A DNA stretch of 64,000 bases from Gemmataceae bacterium (GCA_009692065.1 SHZY01000008.1:10937-74936), one strand, 5' to 3'. Shown: positions 21,946-31,663, counted from the stretch's first letter. The notes: a model not told the origin generated them from the sequence alone. Translations and numbers: made by a program.

Positions 21946-22025
21946 GTAGGGTGGGTCGAGCGCAGCGAGGCCCACCATGGCGTCGCGAACAAACGGTGGG
22001 CCTCGCTGCGCTCGACCCACCCTAC
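21946..22025. repeat. 80-nt hairpin element GTAGGGTGGGTCGAGCGCAGCGAGGCCCACC ... GGTGGGCCTCGCTGCGCTCGACCCACCCTAC
   Basis: Arms of about 31 bp, 8 nt after the pilT stop. Confidence 0.8.
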
Positions 22026-22044
22026 AACCATCGATATTCCGGCG

Positions 22045-23832
22045 TTGGCATTCCCCACCATGCACACCGATCTCATCCGCCGAAAGTTCGTGTGGTTCAT
22101 CGCGTTGGCGCTTCTGGTCGGCCTGATGGCGCCGGCGGCGCTGGACGCCGCGGCCGCCGCGTTCCCGCGCGGACCGGGATTCTACTTCGATCCCTTCAAG
22201 CTTGCCGGGCTGAGCGTCAGCTTCCTCTTGTGGGTGAAACTATGCGCCTGGGTCGATATCGATGCCCATCGCTGCAACATCGACAACATTTTCTGGAACA
22301 GCCTGGTCCTCGGCGGCGGCGTGCTCGGGCTCTTCATCCTCTGGGTCCTGGGCAACTTCTGGGTCTCGGCCTTTCTCGCCTGGCTGCTCGTCTGCAGCCC
22401 CGCCGGCTGGTACATAACGGTGCGCAATCGCAAGATGCCGGAGGAGGACCGCCTCTTCACCAAGGAATACTTCCAGAGGATTTACGAAAACTACCGTAGC
22501 AAGCGTTCCGTGCGCAGAGATGACGGCGAAACCAAGGACCTGGAAATCCCTGTCCGCTTCCTGACCCGCACCAACACCGGCGAGATTGAAGACAACGTCC
22601 GCGTCGCCCGCGTTCAGCAATCGAAGGGCTACAAGGCCGCCACCGAAATGGTCTGGAATGCCATCCAGAAAGGCGCCACCGATATTCACCTCGAGCCAAC
22701 GTCCAGCGAGATGTCCATCCGCTTCCGCATCGACGGCATGATGACCAGCGTCAAGCCGCTCAGCCGCAATACGGGAGACGGCATCGTCAACATCTTCAAG
22801 GTCATCTGCAACATGGACATCACGGAAAAGCGCAAGCCGCAGGACGGCAGCTTCACCGCCGAGGTTGAGGAGCGCATGGTCGAGTTCCGTGTCGCCACCG
22901 CCGGCAGCGTCGGCGGTGAAAAGATGGTGATGCGTATCCTTGACTCCTCCGCCCAGCTCGCCGATCTCAGCCGCGTTGGTTTGACCGACAACATGGTTAC
23001 CCAGCTCCGCGACGTCATCTCCAAGCCGCACGGGTTGATCCTCGTGTGCGGCCCGACCGGTTCCGGCAAGAGCACCACCCTGTACGCCTGCTTGCACGAG
23101 ATCGATCGCTTTCAGATGAACATCATCACCGTCGAGAACCCCGTCGAGTATCGGCTCGACGGCATTACCCAGATCGAAGTCAACCCGAAGGCGGGCAAGA
23201 CCTTCGCGGGCGAATTGCGCAGCATCTTGCGGCAAGATCCCGATGTCATCCTGATCGGCGAAATTCGCGATAAGGAGACCGCCGAGATCGCCTGCCAGGC
23301 CGCTCAGACCGGGCATCTTGTCTTTAGCACGGTGCACGCCAACGACTCGGTCACCGCCATCGCCCGCATGATCGACCTGGGCGTGCAGCCCTTCATGCTC
23401 TCCTCCGCCCTGATCGGCGTGCTAGGCCAACGCTTGGTGCGCCGGCTTTGCAAGAAGTGCCGCAAGCGATTCAAGCCTTCCGCTGAAACGCTGAAGAAAC
23501 TCAAGACCGACCTGGATGCCGTGCGTTTCCTGTATCGCGCCTACGATCCGGTCGAAGACGCGCCGAAGAAGGACGACGAGGACGGCGATGAACCGGTGGA
23601 GCTGAATATCTGCGAGACGTGCACCGGCACCGGCTATTCCAAGCGCACCGGCATCTTCGAACTCCTGGTCATCAACGACAAGATCCGCGAGTTGATTCGC
23701 GAGAATCCGAACGTCAACGAAATCCGCCGCGTCGCAAGCCTCGCCGGTCTGCGCACCCTGTTCGAGGACGGCAGCCGCCTGGTCGTGGACGGCGATACGT
23801 CGATCCAGGAGTTGTTGCGCGTTAGTAAATAG
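22045..23832 (+). CDS. GspE/PilB-family secretion ATPase with an N-terminal polytopic membrane domain
   Basis: Walker A GPTGSGKSTT, DPDVILIGEIRD, TGHLVFSTVHAND, and a tetracysteine motif CKKCRK...CETCTGTG. The first ~130 aa contain 3-4 hydrophobic helices (FVWFIALALLVGLMAPAAL; VLGGGVLGLFILWVLGNFWVSAFLAWLLV). Confidence 0.85.
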   Translation: MAFPTMHTDLIRRKFVWFIALALLVGLMAPAALDAAAAAFPRGPGFYFDPFKLAGLSVSFLLWVKLCAWVDIDAHRCNIDNIFWNSLVLGGGVLGLFILWVLGNFWVSAFLAWLLVCSPAGWYITVRNRKMPEEDRLFTKEYFQRIYENYRSKRSVRRDDGETKDLEIPVRFLTRTNTGEIEDNVRVARVQQSKGYKAATEMVWNAIQKGATDIHLEPTSSEMSIRFRIDGMMTSVKPLSRNTGDGIVNIFKVICNMDITEKRKPQDGSFTAEVEERMVEFRVATAGSVGGEKMVMRILDSSAQLADLSRVGLTDNMVTQLRDVISKPHGLILVCGPTGSGKSTTLYACLHEIDRFQMNIITVENPVEYRLDGITQIEVNPKAGKTFAGELRSILRQDPDVILIGEIRDKETAEIACQAAQTGHLVFSTVHANDSVTAIARMIDLGVQPFMLSSALIGVLGQRLVRRLCKKCRKRFKPSAETLKKLKTDLDAVRFLYRAYDPVEDAPKKDDEDGDEPVELNICETCTGTGYSKRTGIFELLVINDKIRELIRENPNVNEIRRVASLAGLRTLFEDGSRLVVDGDTSIQELLRVSK

Positions 23833-23836
23833 GTCC

Positions 23837-23916
23837 GTAGGGTGGGTCGAGCGCAGCGAGACCCACCGAGCAGGTGCAAAGAATTGGTGGGTCTCGCTGC
23901 GCTCGACCCACCCTAC
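23837..23916. repeat. 80-nt hairpin element, second copy (GAGACCC/GGGTCTC compensatory variant)
   Basis: Same arms as 21946..22025 with a compensated G>A / C>T pair. The loop sequence is unrelated. Confidence 0.8.
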
Positions 23917-23943
23917 AAGATTGCACGAAACTGGAAGTATTCC

Positions 23944-24621
23944 ATGATCCTGATGATCTTCACTCTCGTGCTGATGGTTGGCACCGGCGTTTCGCAGTAT
24001 CGCAATGGGCTGTTCAGTGCCGTTGCCATGCTGATCAAGGTGCTCATCGCCGGGCTGGTCGCCTTCGGGTTTTGGGAGCCCATTGCGGATTTTCTTGATC
24101 CGGTTTTTCAGAACAACACGCTGGCCGGCTCGGAAGACATGATCAGCATGGTCGTGCTGTTCAGCCTGACGCTCTTCGTCTTGCGCTTGCTGACGAATTA
24201 CCTCGCGCCGGACATGATCGACGCGCACGGGGTGCTTCAGTATTTTGGCGGCGGCGGCGTGGGCATCCTTACGGGCTACCTGGTCGCCGGGTTCTTGATC
24301 TGCGCCATGCAGACGTTGCCGCTTGACGACAAATTCCTGGGCTTCGAGCCGCGCTCCAACAATGAGCCGGCGTACCGGAGCGTCTATCCGCCCGATCGCG
24401 TCTGGCTGGTGATGATGCGCCACGCCGGCGCCGTGCCCTTTAGCTGGAAGGAAGAGGAGCAGCCGGCCGGCGATTCTCTGATGGAGCGCTATGTGACGTT
24501 TGACCGCGACGGGACCTTTGAGCTGCGCTATCGCCGCTACCGCCGCGGCATGGAAGGACGCCCGCCCGTGGTCTATTTCGGCGAGTTCGACAAGGAGCTC
24601 GGCAGACAACCGAATCGCTGA
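23944..24621 (+). CDS. CvpA-like integral membrane protein (tentative)
   Basis: The ATG at 23944 gives MILMIFTLVLMVGTGVSQY, followed by 4 TM helices and a soluble tail. The ORF-track start at 23842 translates the hairpin repeat. Confidence 0.45.
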   Translation: MILMIFTLVLMVGTGVSQYRNGLFSAVAMLIKVLIAGLVAFGFWEPIADFLDPVFQNNTLAGSEDMISMVVLFSLTLFVLRLLTNYLAPDMIDAHGVLQYFGGGGVGILTGYLVAGFLICAMQTLPLDDKFLGFEPRSNNEPAYRSVYPPDRVWLVMMRHAGAVPFSWKEEEQPAGDSLMERYVTFDRDGTFELRYRRYRRGMEGRPPVVYFGEFDKELGRQPNR

Positions 24622-24787
24622 CCTTCTCCCCTTTCCCAAAGAGAGAGGAGTGAAGAAGTCTTCTCGCCCCTGGCACCGTGGATGTGCAGAAAAACTTTGC
24701 ATTGAGCATCGGTTGTCCCTTATACTCATACTTAGCGTGGCATGCTATTGCCATGGTCCCGCCTGGCTCCCTTTCGCAGGACTCGAC

Positions 24788-27295
24788 ATGAAACCCTGGA
24801 TTGCCTGTATCGTCGCTGGCTTGATTCTCATGATCGTTCCACTGCCGGCACGCGCGCAACCGGCCTCCGGCAAAGTCCAGTACGCGCGTGACATCTTGCC
24901 GATCCTCTCTACGCATTGCTTTACCTGTCATGGCCCCGATACCAAGCTGCAAAAAGCCGGCTTGCGTCTCGACCTCGCCGCGGGCGCGTCCAAAAAGCTC
25001 AAGAGCGGCAGTCGCGCCATCGTGCCAGGCAACGTCAAAGATAGCGAACTGATCGCGCGCATCCATGCGGAGGATCCCGCCGAACGGATGCCCCCCAAGA
25101 GCACCATGAAAACCTTGAAGGACTCCGAGAAAGCCTTGCTCAAACGTTGGATCGCGGAAGGGGCGGAATACCAGAAACACTGGGCGTTCGTGGCTCCGCA
25201 AAGTCCGCCCTTGCCAAATGTGACGAAAACGTTGCTGCGCAACCCGCTCGACCAATTTCTGCTCGCGCGCATGGAACAGGAGGGTTTGAATCCGTCGCCT
25301 GAGGCCGATCGTTACACGCTGGCGCGCCGCCTCGCCATCGACCTAACCGGACTGCCGCCGACCCTCGACATGGTAGATCGCTTTGTCAACGACAAGAGCC
25401 TCGGCGCCTACGAGAAATACGTCGATCGCCTTCTCGATCTGCCCGCGTACGGCGAGCGCTGGTCGCATGTTTGGCTCGACCTCGCGCGCTACGCCGACTC
25501 CAACGGCTACGCCACCGACAGCGGCCGCACCATCTGGAAATATCGGGACTGGGTTATCGACGCCATCAACAAGAACATTCCCTATGACCGCTTCACCATC
25601 GAGCAGATTGCAGGCGACATGTTGCCGAACGCAACGCAGGACCAGATCCTCGCAACCGCCTTTCACCGCAACACGCTGACCAACGACGAAGGCGGGACCA
25701 GCGACGAGGAGTTCCGCGTCGTCGCCGTCGTCGATCGCGTCAATACGACGATGCAAGTCTGGATGGGCGTCACGATCTCCTGCGCCCAGTGCCACGATCA
25801 CAAATACGACCCGGTCAGCCAGGAAGAGTACTTCCGCCTGTACGCGATCTTCAACCAGACCGAGGACTCCGACAAGAGCGACAACACCCCGAACATGACC
25901 GTCATCACCGCGACGGAACTCAAGCAAAAAGCCGATTTGGAAGCAACGATCGCCAAGCTCGAAAAAAACCTGCTCGCCGCGAATCCGAAGATCGACGAAG
26001 CCCAGGCGAAGTGGCAAGCCGACAAGAAGGCAACCGATAAGGCGCCGGCCAATATCAAGAAGATCCTCGCCGTCGATGCCAAGAAACGTAGCGCAGCTCA
26101 ACAGCTCGAGGTGACCAAGTATTACCGTGCAACGCTGCCGGAATTCAAGGCCGTGGCGGACCAGACCGCGGCGACACGCAAACAGTATGACGGCGTCAAA
26201 GGCGTGCCGACGCCGATCATGAAGGAGCTTTCTGACAAGCAAAAACGCGTCACCAAGATTCACGTCCGCGGGAATTTTCTTGATCAAAGCAAGGAAGTGC
26301 AGCCCGGTGCTCCAGCCTTCTTGCATGCGTTGCCCAAGGACCAGCCGGCCAATCGGCTGACGCTGGCGAAATGGCTGGTGTCGGCGGACAATCCGCTCAC
26401 CGCGCGAGTTACCGTCAACCGTTACTGGGAGCAAATCTTCGGGCTGGGCCTGATGGAGTCGCCCGACGACTTCGGCATCCGCGGCAAATCGCCGACCCAT
26501 GCCGAGCTGCTCGATTGGCTCGCAGTTGAGTTTTCGACCAACCTGCAATGGGACGTCAAGAAGCTATTGAAGTTGATTGTAACCTCTATCGCGTATCGCC
26601 AGGTTTCGACCGTCACGCCGGCGCTGATCGAACGCGATCCTGATAACCGTTTTCTCGCGCGCGGTCCTCGCTTTCGCTCGTCGGCGGAGGCCATCCGCGA
26701 TCAATCGCTCTACGTCGCCGGCTTGCTCAGTCCCAAGATGTACGGCGCGCCGGTGCGGCCCCCGCGCCCGAAGCTTGGTCTGACCGCGGCGTTCGGCGGC
26801 AGCACCGACTGGGATACCAGCGCCGGCGACGACAAGTACCGCCGCGCCCTCTACACCCAATGGCGCCGCACCACGCCTTACCCCTCTATGACCACGTTCG
26901 ACGCGCCAAGCCGAACGGTTTGCACAATCACCCGGCCGCGCACCAACACGCCCTTGCAAGCGCTGGTCACCCTCAACGATCCGGTTTACGTGGAAGCCGC
27001 GCAGGCGCTCGGCCGACGCATGGTCAAGGATGGGGGCGCGACCCTGGAGTCGAAGCTGCAACACGGCTTCCGCCTGTGCCTGGCGCGGCCGGCGCGCGAG
27101 GTCGAGATGAAGCGGCTGGTCGAGTTGCACACGAAGGCGCAAGCGGAATACGCGAAGAATCCAAAGCTGGCCCAGCAGCTCGCGACCGACCCGATCGGCC
27201 CGTTGCCGGCCGGCTTGCAAGCCCCCGATATGGCGGCGTGGACCGTCGTCGGCAATGTGTTGATGAACCTGGATGAAATGTTTGCGAAACGTTGA
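24788..27295 (+). CDS. PSCyt1 + DUF1549 + DUF1553 (PSD1) planctomycete cytochrome-domain protein
   Basis: Signal peptide MKPWIACIVAGLILMIVPLPARA. Heme motif CFTCHGPD, then CAQCHDHKYDP, and the DUF1553-type block VNRYWEQIFG. Confidence 0.85.
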   Translation: MKPWIACIVAGLILMIVPLPARAQPASGKVQYARDILPILSTHCFTCHGPDTKLQKAGLRLDLAAGASKKLKSGSRAIVPGNVKDSELIARIHAEDPAERMPPKSTMKTLKDSEKALLKRWIAEGAEYQKHWAFVAPQSPPLPNVTKTLLRNPLDQFLLARMEQEGLNPSPEADRYTLARRLAIDLTGLPPTLDMVDRFVNDKSLGAYEKYVDRLLDLPAYGERWSHVWLDLARYADSNGYATDSGRTIWKYRDWVIDAINKNIPYDRFTIEQIAGDMLPNATQDQILATAFHRNTLTNDEGGTSDEEFRVVAVVDRVNTTMQVWMGVTISCAQCHDHKYDPVSQEEYFRLYAIFNQTEDSDKSDNTPNMTVITATELKQKADLEATIAKLEKNLLAANPKIDEAQAKWQADKKATDKAPANIKKILAVDAKKRSAAQQLEVTKYYRATLPEFKAVADQTAATRKQYDGVKGVPTPIMKELSDKQKRVTKIHVRGNFLDQSKEVQPGAPAFLHALPKDQPANRLTLAKWLVSADNPLTARVTVNRYWEQIFGLGLMESPDDFGIRGKSPTHAELLDWLAVEFSTNLQWDVKKLLKLIVTSIAYRQVSTVTPALIERDPDNRFLARGPRFRSSAEAIRDQSLYVAGLLSPKMYGAPVRPPRPKLGLTAAFGGSTDWDTSAGDDKYRRALYTQWRRTTPYPSMTTFDAPSRTVCTITRPRTNTPLQALVTLNDPVYVEAAQALGRRMVKDGGATLESKLQHGFRLCLARPAREVEMKRLVELHTKAQAEYAKNPKLAQQLATDPIGPLPAGLQAPDMAAWTVVGNVLMNLDEMFAKR

Positions 27296-27301
27296 CCTAT
27301 T

Positions 27302-27339
27302 CGTTTAGCGTTTGCCTGGCGCCATGCGAACGCTAAACG
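27302..27339. repeat. REP-like hairpin CGTTTAGCGTTTGC-CTGGCGCCAT-GCGAACGCTAAACG
   Basis: Lies 7 nt after the upstream stop, with a GGCGCC apex. Confidence 0.8.
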
Positions 27340-27353
27340 GCGAGACCGGACCG

Positions 27354-28808
27354 ATGAACCCCACCCTGCAACAAAAACTCCACCTCACGCGCCGGCACTT
27401 CCTGCGCGACTCGCAAATCGGTCTGGGCGGCCTCGCCCTGGCGACGCTGATGAACGGCGCCGCCGAGGCCACTCCGCCGGATGATCGCACCAATCCGCTG
27501 CGTCCGCGGCCGGCGCACTTTGCGGGCAAGGCGAAGAATGTCATCTACCTGCACATGGCCGGCTCGCCGCCGCACCTCGATCTCTTCGATTACAAGCCGG
27601 AGCTGGTGCGGCGCAACAACGAACTGTGTCCCGAGTCGTTTCTGCGCGGCCGGCGCTTCGCGTTCACCAGCGGTGTGCCACGCTTGCTTGGCACGCCACA
27701 GCGTTTCGCCCGGCACGGCAACTCCGGCGCCTGGATGTCCGAAGCGGTCCCGCATCTGCACACCGTTGCCGACGAATTGTGCTTCATCAAGTCGATGCAC
27801 ACCGAGCAATTCAATCATGCCCCCGCGGAACTCTTGCTCTTCACCGGCTCGCCGCAGTTCGGCCGGCCAGGCATGGGTTCCTGGGTCACCTATGGCCTCG
27901 GCTCGGAAAGTCAGGATCTGCCGGGCTACATCGTGCTCGTTTCCAGCGGCACCTTCCCGAGCGCCGGCAATAGCTGCTGGAACAACGGCTTCTTGCCGTC
28001 CGTCTATCAGGGCGTGCAATGCCGCAGCCAGGGAGATCCGGTTTTGTACGTTTCCAACCCGAATGGCATGGATCGCGACATGCGCCGTCTGAGCCTCGAC
28101 GCCCTGCGCGATCTCAACGAATTGCAAGCCGCCGAGCTGGGTAATCCCGAGACACGCACCCGCATCGCTCAGTACGAACTCGCCTTCCGCATGCAGACTG
28201 CGGTGCCCGAGGTAATGGACATCAATCGCGAGCCGCGCAATGTCATCGACATGTACGGCGCCCAACCCGGCGGGTCCAGTTTTGCGAACAATTGCCTCCT
28301 GGCGCGCCGGCTCGTCGAGCGCGGCGTTCGCTTTGTGCAGCTTCACGACTGGGGCTGGGACTTCCATGGCACGGGCAACGACCAGGAAATCAACAACGGC
28401 CTGCGCGTCAAATGCCGCACCATGGATCGCGCCGTCGCCGCGTTGATTCGCGACCTGAAGCATCGCGGGCTGCTCGATGAAACAATCATCATCTGGTCGG
28501 GAGAATTCGGCCGCTCGCCGTTCCGCGAGGGCCGCACTGCCAACAGCGCCAACCTGGGCCGCGATCATCACCCATTCTCGTTCACGCTCTTCGCGTGCGG
28601 CGGCGGCTTCAAGGGGGGCGTGACCTACGGCTCGTCCGACGAACTCGGCTTCGATGTCGGCGAAAACCCGGTCCATCCGCACGACCTGCAAGCGACTATC
28701 CTGCACCTGCTGGGCCTCGACCACACGCGGCTGACCCATCGCTACCAGGGCCGCGACTTCCGGCTGACCGATGTGCATGGCCATGTGATCAACGAAATTC
28801 TGGTGTAA
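27354..28808 (+). CDS. DUF1501 (sulfatase-fold) protein with a Tat signal
   Basis: The ATG at 27354 gives MNPTLQQKLHLTRRHFLRDSQIGLGGLALA, a twin-arginine signal. It is the conserved partner of the upstream PSCyt/DUF1553 gene. Confidence 0.85.
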   Translation: MNPTLQQKLHLTRRHFLRDSQIGLGGLALATLMNGAAEATPPDDRTNPLRPRPAHFAGKAKNVIYLHMAGSPPHLDLFDYKPELVRRNNELCPESFLRGRRFAFTSGVPRLLGTPQRFARHGNSGAWMSEAVPHLHTVADELCFIKSMHTEQFNHAPAELLLFTGSPQFGRPGMGSWVTYGLGSESQDLPGYIVLVSSGTFPSAGNSCWNNGFLPSVYQGVQCRSQGDPVLYVSNPNGMDRDMRRLSLDALRDLNELQAAELGNPETRTRIAQYELAFRMQTAVPEVMDINREPRNVIDMYGAQPGGSSFANNCLLARRLVERGVRFVQLHDWGWDFHGTGNDQEINNGLRVKCRTMDRAVAALIRDLKHRGLLDETIIIWSGEFGRSPFREGRTANSANLGRDHHPFSFTLFACGGGFKGGVTYGSSDELGFDVGENPVHPHDLQATILHLLGLDHTRLTHRYQGRDFRLTDVHGHVINEILV

Positions 28809-28822
28809 GAGAAAACTACCAC

Positions 28823-28886
28823 GGGGAGCACGGGGGGGCGGGGGAAAGATTCAATTGGATTTTTCCCCGTATCCCCCGTGCACCCC
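28823..28886. repeat. G/C-rich hairpin GGGGAGCACGGGGG..GGGGAAA ... TTTTCCCC..CCCCCGTGCACCCC
   Basis: Direct reading, one mismatch, downstream of the DUF1501 stop. Confidence 0.5.
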
Positions 28887-28927
28887 TGGTTCAATTTGTG
28901 TTCTTTTCTTAACAGGAGTCTGCATCC

Positions 28928-30043
28928 ATGAAGACCGTCTTTTTTTTGCTGGCGTTTCTGCTCTTACCGGGCGTTCTGGCCGCACAAACGCCCGAACGAT
29001 TCCGCGTCTATCTCGGCACGGGCAAGAACATCTACCACCTCGAGCTCGATGTCACGAACGGCAAGATGACCAAGGCCATGCTGGGCGCCGAGCTGGGCAA
29101 TCCATCGTTCGTGGCGATTCACCCGAATCAAAAGTTCCTTTATTCCGTCAGTGAAATGAACAAGGGGAGCATCGTCGCCTACGCCATCGACGCCAAGACC
29201 GGCAGCCTCGCGCTGCTCAACTCGCAATCCGCGGGGGGCAGTGGGCCGTGCCACCTCGTCGTCGATCGCGACGGCAAGACCGTCATGGCGGCGAACTACG
29301 GCAGCGGCAGTTGCACCTCCATCCCGATCAAGTCCGACGGCTCGCTCGACGAGCCCGCTTCCGTTCATCAGCACAAGGGCAAGAGCATACTCGGCAACCA
29401 GAAAGGCCCGCACGCCCACTCCATCAACATGGACAAGGGCAACAAGTTCGCGTTCTGCGCCGACCTCGGCCTCGACAAGGTGCTCGTCTATCGCCTCGAC
29501 TCCAAGACGGGCGCCTTGACCCCGAACGATCCCCCCGCCTTCGATACCCCTGCCGGCTTCGGGCCACGCCATTTCGCCTTCCATCCCGACGGCAAGACCG
29601 CCTACATCAACGGCGAGATGGCAATTTCCCTGATCGCCTGCGATTACGACGCCGACAAGGGCGTCCTCAAGCACAAGCAAGAGATTTCCACGCTGCCCAA
29701 GAACGTGGTCAAGAAGGGCGGCAGCACGGCCGAGGTCGTCGTCCATCCGTCCGGCAAATTTGTCTATGTATCGAATCGTGATCCCTACAATTCGATCGCG
29801 ATCTTCTCGATCGACCAGAAGACGGGCGAGCTGACAGCGGTCGGCCACGAATCGCGCGGCGTCAAGACGCCACGCAACTTCGCCATCGAGCCGACGGGGA
29901 AGTTCATGCTGATCGCCAATCAGAGCGGCAAAAGCGTGCTCTCGTTCGCCATCGACCAAGCGACCGGCTTGTTGACGCCGACCGGTTCGAGCGTTGAGGT
30001 TGCATCGCCGGTGTGTGTGCGCTTTGTGCCGATCACAAAGTAA
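28928..30043 (+). CDS. pgl: Lactonase-family 7-bladed propeller (6-phosphogluconolactonase type)
   Basis: Signal peptide, LYSVSE... and GSGPCHLVVD blocks typical of the Pgl/3-carboxymuconate-cyclase-like lactonase family. It is convergent with zwf. Confidence 0.75.
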   Translation: MKTVFFLLAFLLLPGVLAAQTPERFRVYLGTGKNIYHLELDVTNGKMTKAMLGAELGNPSFVAIHPNQKFLYSVSEMNKGSIVAYAIDAKTGSLALLNSQSAGGSGPCHLVVDRDGKTVMAANYGSGSCTSIPIKSDGSLDEPASVHQHKGKSILGNQKGPHAHSINMDKGNKFAFCADLGLDKVLVYRLDSKTGALTPNDPPAFDTPAGFGPRHFAFHPDGKTAYINGEMAISLIACDYDADKGVLKHKQEISTLPKNVVKKGGSTAEVVVHPSGKFVYVSNRDPYNSIAIFSIDQKTGELTAVGHESRGVKTPRNFAIEPTGKFMLIANQSGKSVLSFAIDQATGLLTPTGSSVEVASPVCVRFVPITK

Positions 30044-30066
30044 CGGATTCGTTTGGCCTTCTACGT

Positions 30067-30177
30067 TGTTGTGGAACGGTCTCCTGACCGTGCCACGCGG
30101 TTCGACCGCAGGTCTCACGGCGTTGCAGGAGACCTTCGGTCGGGTTCGTGGCACGGTCAGGAGACCGTGCCACAACG
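30067..30177. repeat. Long hairpin (arms GGTCTCCTGACCGTGCCACG / CGTGGCACGGTCAGGAGACC with outer GTTGTGG / CCACAAC)
   Basis: 20-bp perfect arms at 30078..30097 and 30148..30167, between pgl and zwf. Confidence 0.7.
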
Positions 30178-30182
30178 TGGTG

Positions 30183-30237
30183 TTTCGCTTTCGCCGTATG
30201 CCACGCGATCGCGTGGGATGCTGCGAACGCTAAACGA
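30183..30237. repeat. Degenerate REP-like element (GTTTCGCTTTCGC ... GCGAACGCTAAACG)
   Basis: The right arm is canonical and the left arm degenerate. It lies 12 nt downstream of the zwf stop on the minus strand. Confidence 0.5.
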
Positions 30238-30248
30238 GGATCGGCCCC

Positions 30249-31652
30249 TTATTCCGCGGGGGTATGCCAGTCACCGAAATCTTCCACCAGCACGTCGGCC
30301 TCGCGCGGGCCCCAGCTTCCCGGCTCATACTCGAACACAGGCGTTTGATTGCCCAGGACCGGTTGTACAATCTGCCAAGCGGCCTCGACGGCGTCTTCGC
30401 GCGTGAACAGAATGCCCTCGCCGTCCATCGCGTCGCCCAGCAGCCGCTCGTAGGGATCCATCTCGTCGGAATCTTGCGGTTTGACCGCGGTCAGCTCGGT
30501 CGTCTGGCCGTTCCAGGCCTCGCCGGGATGCTTGATGCGGGCGCCGATGCCGATCGTGACTTGCGGGTTAAGGCGAAACCGGAAGTAGTTGCCCTGGTTG
30601 GGAAAGAACTTTGCGATCGGCGGCCGCTTGAGCTCGACCATCACTTCCGTAACGGTTGAGTGCAAACATTTGCCCGCACGGATGAAGAAGGGCACCCCTT
30701 CCCAGCGCCAGGAATCGACGAACAGCCGCACCGCAGCGTAGGTTTCAACCTGCGAACTTGGGTGGACGTCCTTCTCCCGGCGGTAGCCCTTGAATTGGCC
30801 ACGCACCAGGTTGTCGGGGTTCAAGGGGCGAATCATGCGGAAGACCTTGACCTGCTCGTCGCGCAACGAGTCGGCGTAGGTGCTGGCCGGGGGCTCCATC
30901 GCCAGGAAGCCGACGATCTGCAGCAAGTGATTCTGGATCACGTCGCGTATCGTCCCCGTCTCCTCGTACAATTTGCCCCGGCCGGCAACGCCGAACTTCT
31001 CCGCCATGGTAATCTGCACGCTCTTCACGTAATGGCGGTTCCAGATCGGCTCCAGAAACGTGTTGCCGAAGCGAAAGAAGACCAGATTCTGCACCGCCTC
31101 CTTGCCAAGGTAATGGTCGATGCGAAAGATATCGGCTTCGTTGAAGACCGCGTGGATGATGCGGTTGAGCGAGCGCGACGACGCGAGATCGCGGCCGAAC
31201 GGCTTCTCGACGATGACGCGTGCATTCTGGGCACACTTCGATCTGCCCAGCCCCTCGATGACGGTCGGGAAGACGCTGGGCGGAATCGCGAGGTAATGGA
31301 TGGGCCGTTTCGCGGCGCCGAGCTCGCTGCGCAACTGGTCGAAGGTCTCGGCCTTCTGGTAATCGGCGTCAACGTAGCGGAGCAGTTTGGCGAGTTTGGC
31401 GAAATCTTCGTCGGTCGCGCTGGGATAAAAGCTCTTGACGCTTTCGCGGGCGCGGTTGAGCAATTGTTCCAGGGTCCAGTCCGAGCGCCCGACGCCGATG
31501 ATCGGGATATCGAGATTGCGGCGCAGCACCATGGCTTGCAAGGCGGGGAAGATCTTCTTGTACGCCAAGTCGCCCGTGGCGCCGAAGAAGACCAGGGCGT
31601 CGGACGGCGTGGCGAGGTCGTCGTCGCCAGGAATATGGGACAGTGCCGTCAT
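30249..31652 (-). CDS. zwf: Glucose-6-phosphate dehydrogenase
   Basis: NADP site [16 protein letters not shown] and active-site block RIDHYLGKE. The start at 31652 (MTALSHIPG) avoids translating the hairpin at 31664..31727. Confidence 0.92.
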   Translation of the reverse strand: MTALSHIPGDDDLATPSDALVFFGATGDLAYKKIFPALQAMVLRRNLDIPIIGVGRSDWTLEQLLNRARESVKSFYPSATDEDFAKLAKLLRYVDADYQKAETFDQLRSELGAAKRPIHYLAIPPSVFPTVIEGLGRSKCAQNARVIVEKPFGRDLASSRSLNRIIHAVFNEADIFRIDHYLGKEAVQNLVFFRFGNTFLEPIWNRHYVKSVQITMAEKFGVAGRGKLYEETGTIRDVIQNHLLQIVGFLAMEPPASTYADSLRDEQVKVFRMIRPLNPDNLVRGQFKGYRREKDVHPSSQVETYAAVRLFVDSWRWEGVPFFIRAGKCLHSTVTEVMVELKRPPIAKFFPNQGNYFRFRLNPQVTIGIGARIKHPGEAWNGQTTELTAVKPQDSDEMDPYERLLGDAMDGEGILFTREDAVEAAWQIVQPVLGNQTPVFEYEPGSWGPREADVLVEDFGDWHTPAE

Positions 31653-31663
31653 CGCATGGATTC

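Noticed and set aside
21951-22044. ORFs beginning MGRAQRGPP/MGRAQRDPP (21951 and 23842) and similar leaders (27312, 47605, 31769)
   Set aside because: These N-terminal segments are translations of the intergenic hairpin repeats. Downstream in-frame ATGs give proper signal peptides or conserved N-termini.
27333-28784. 483-aa minus-strand ORF
   Set aside because: It is antisense to the DUF1501 gene, which has a Tat signal and a conserved partner context. No motifs.
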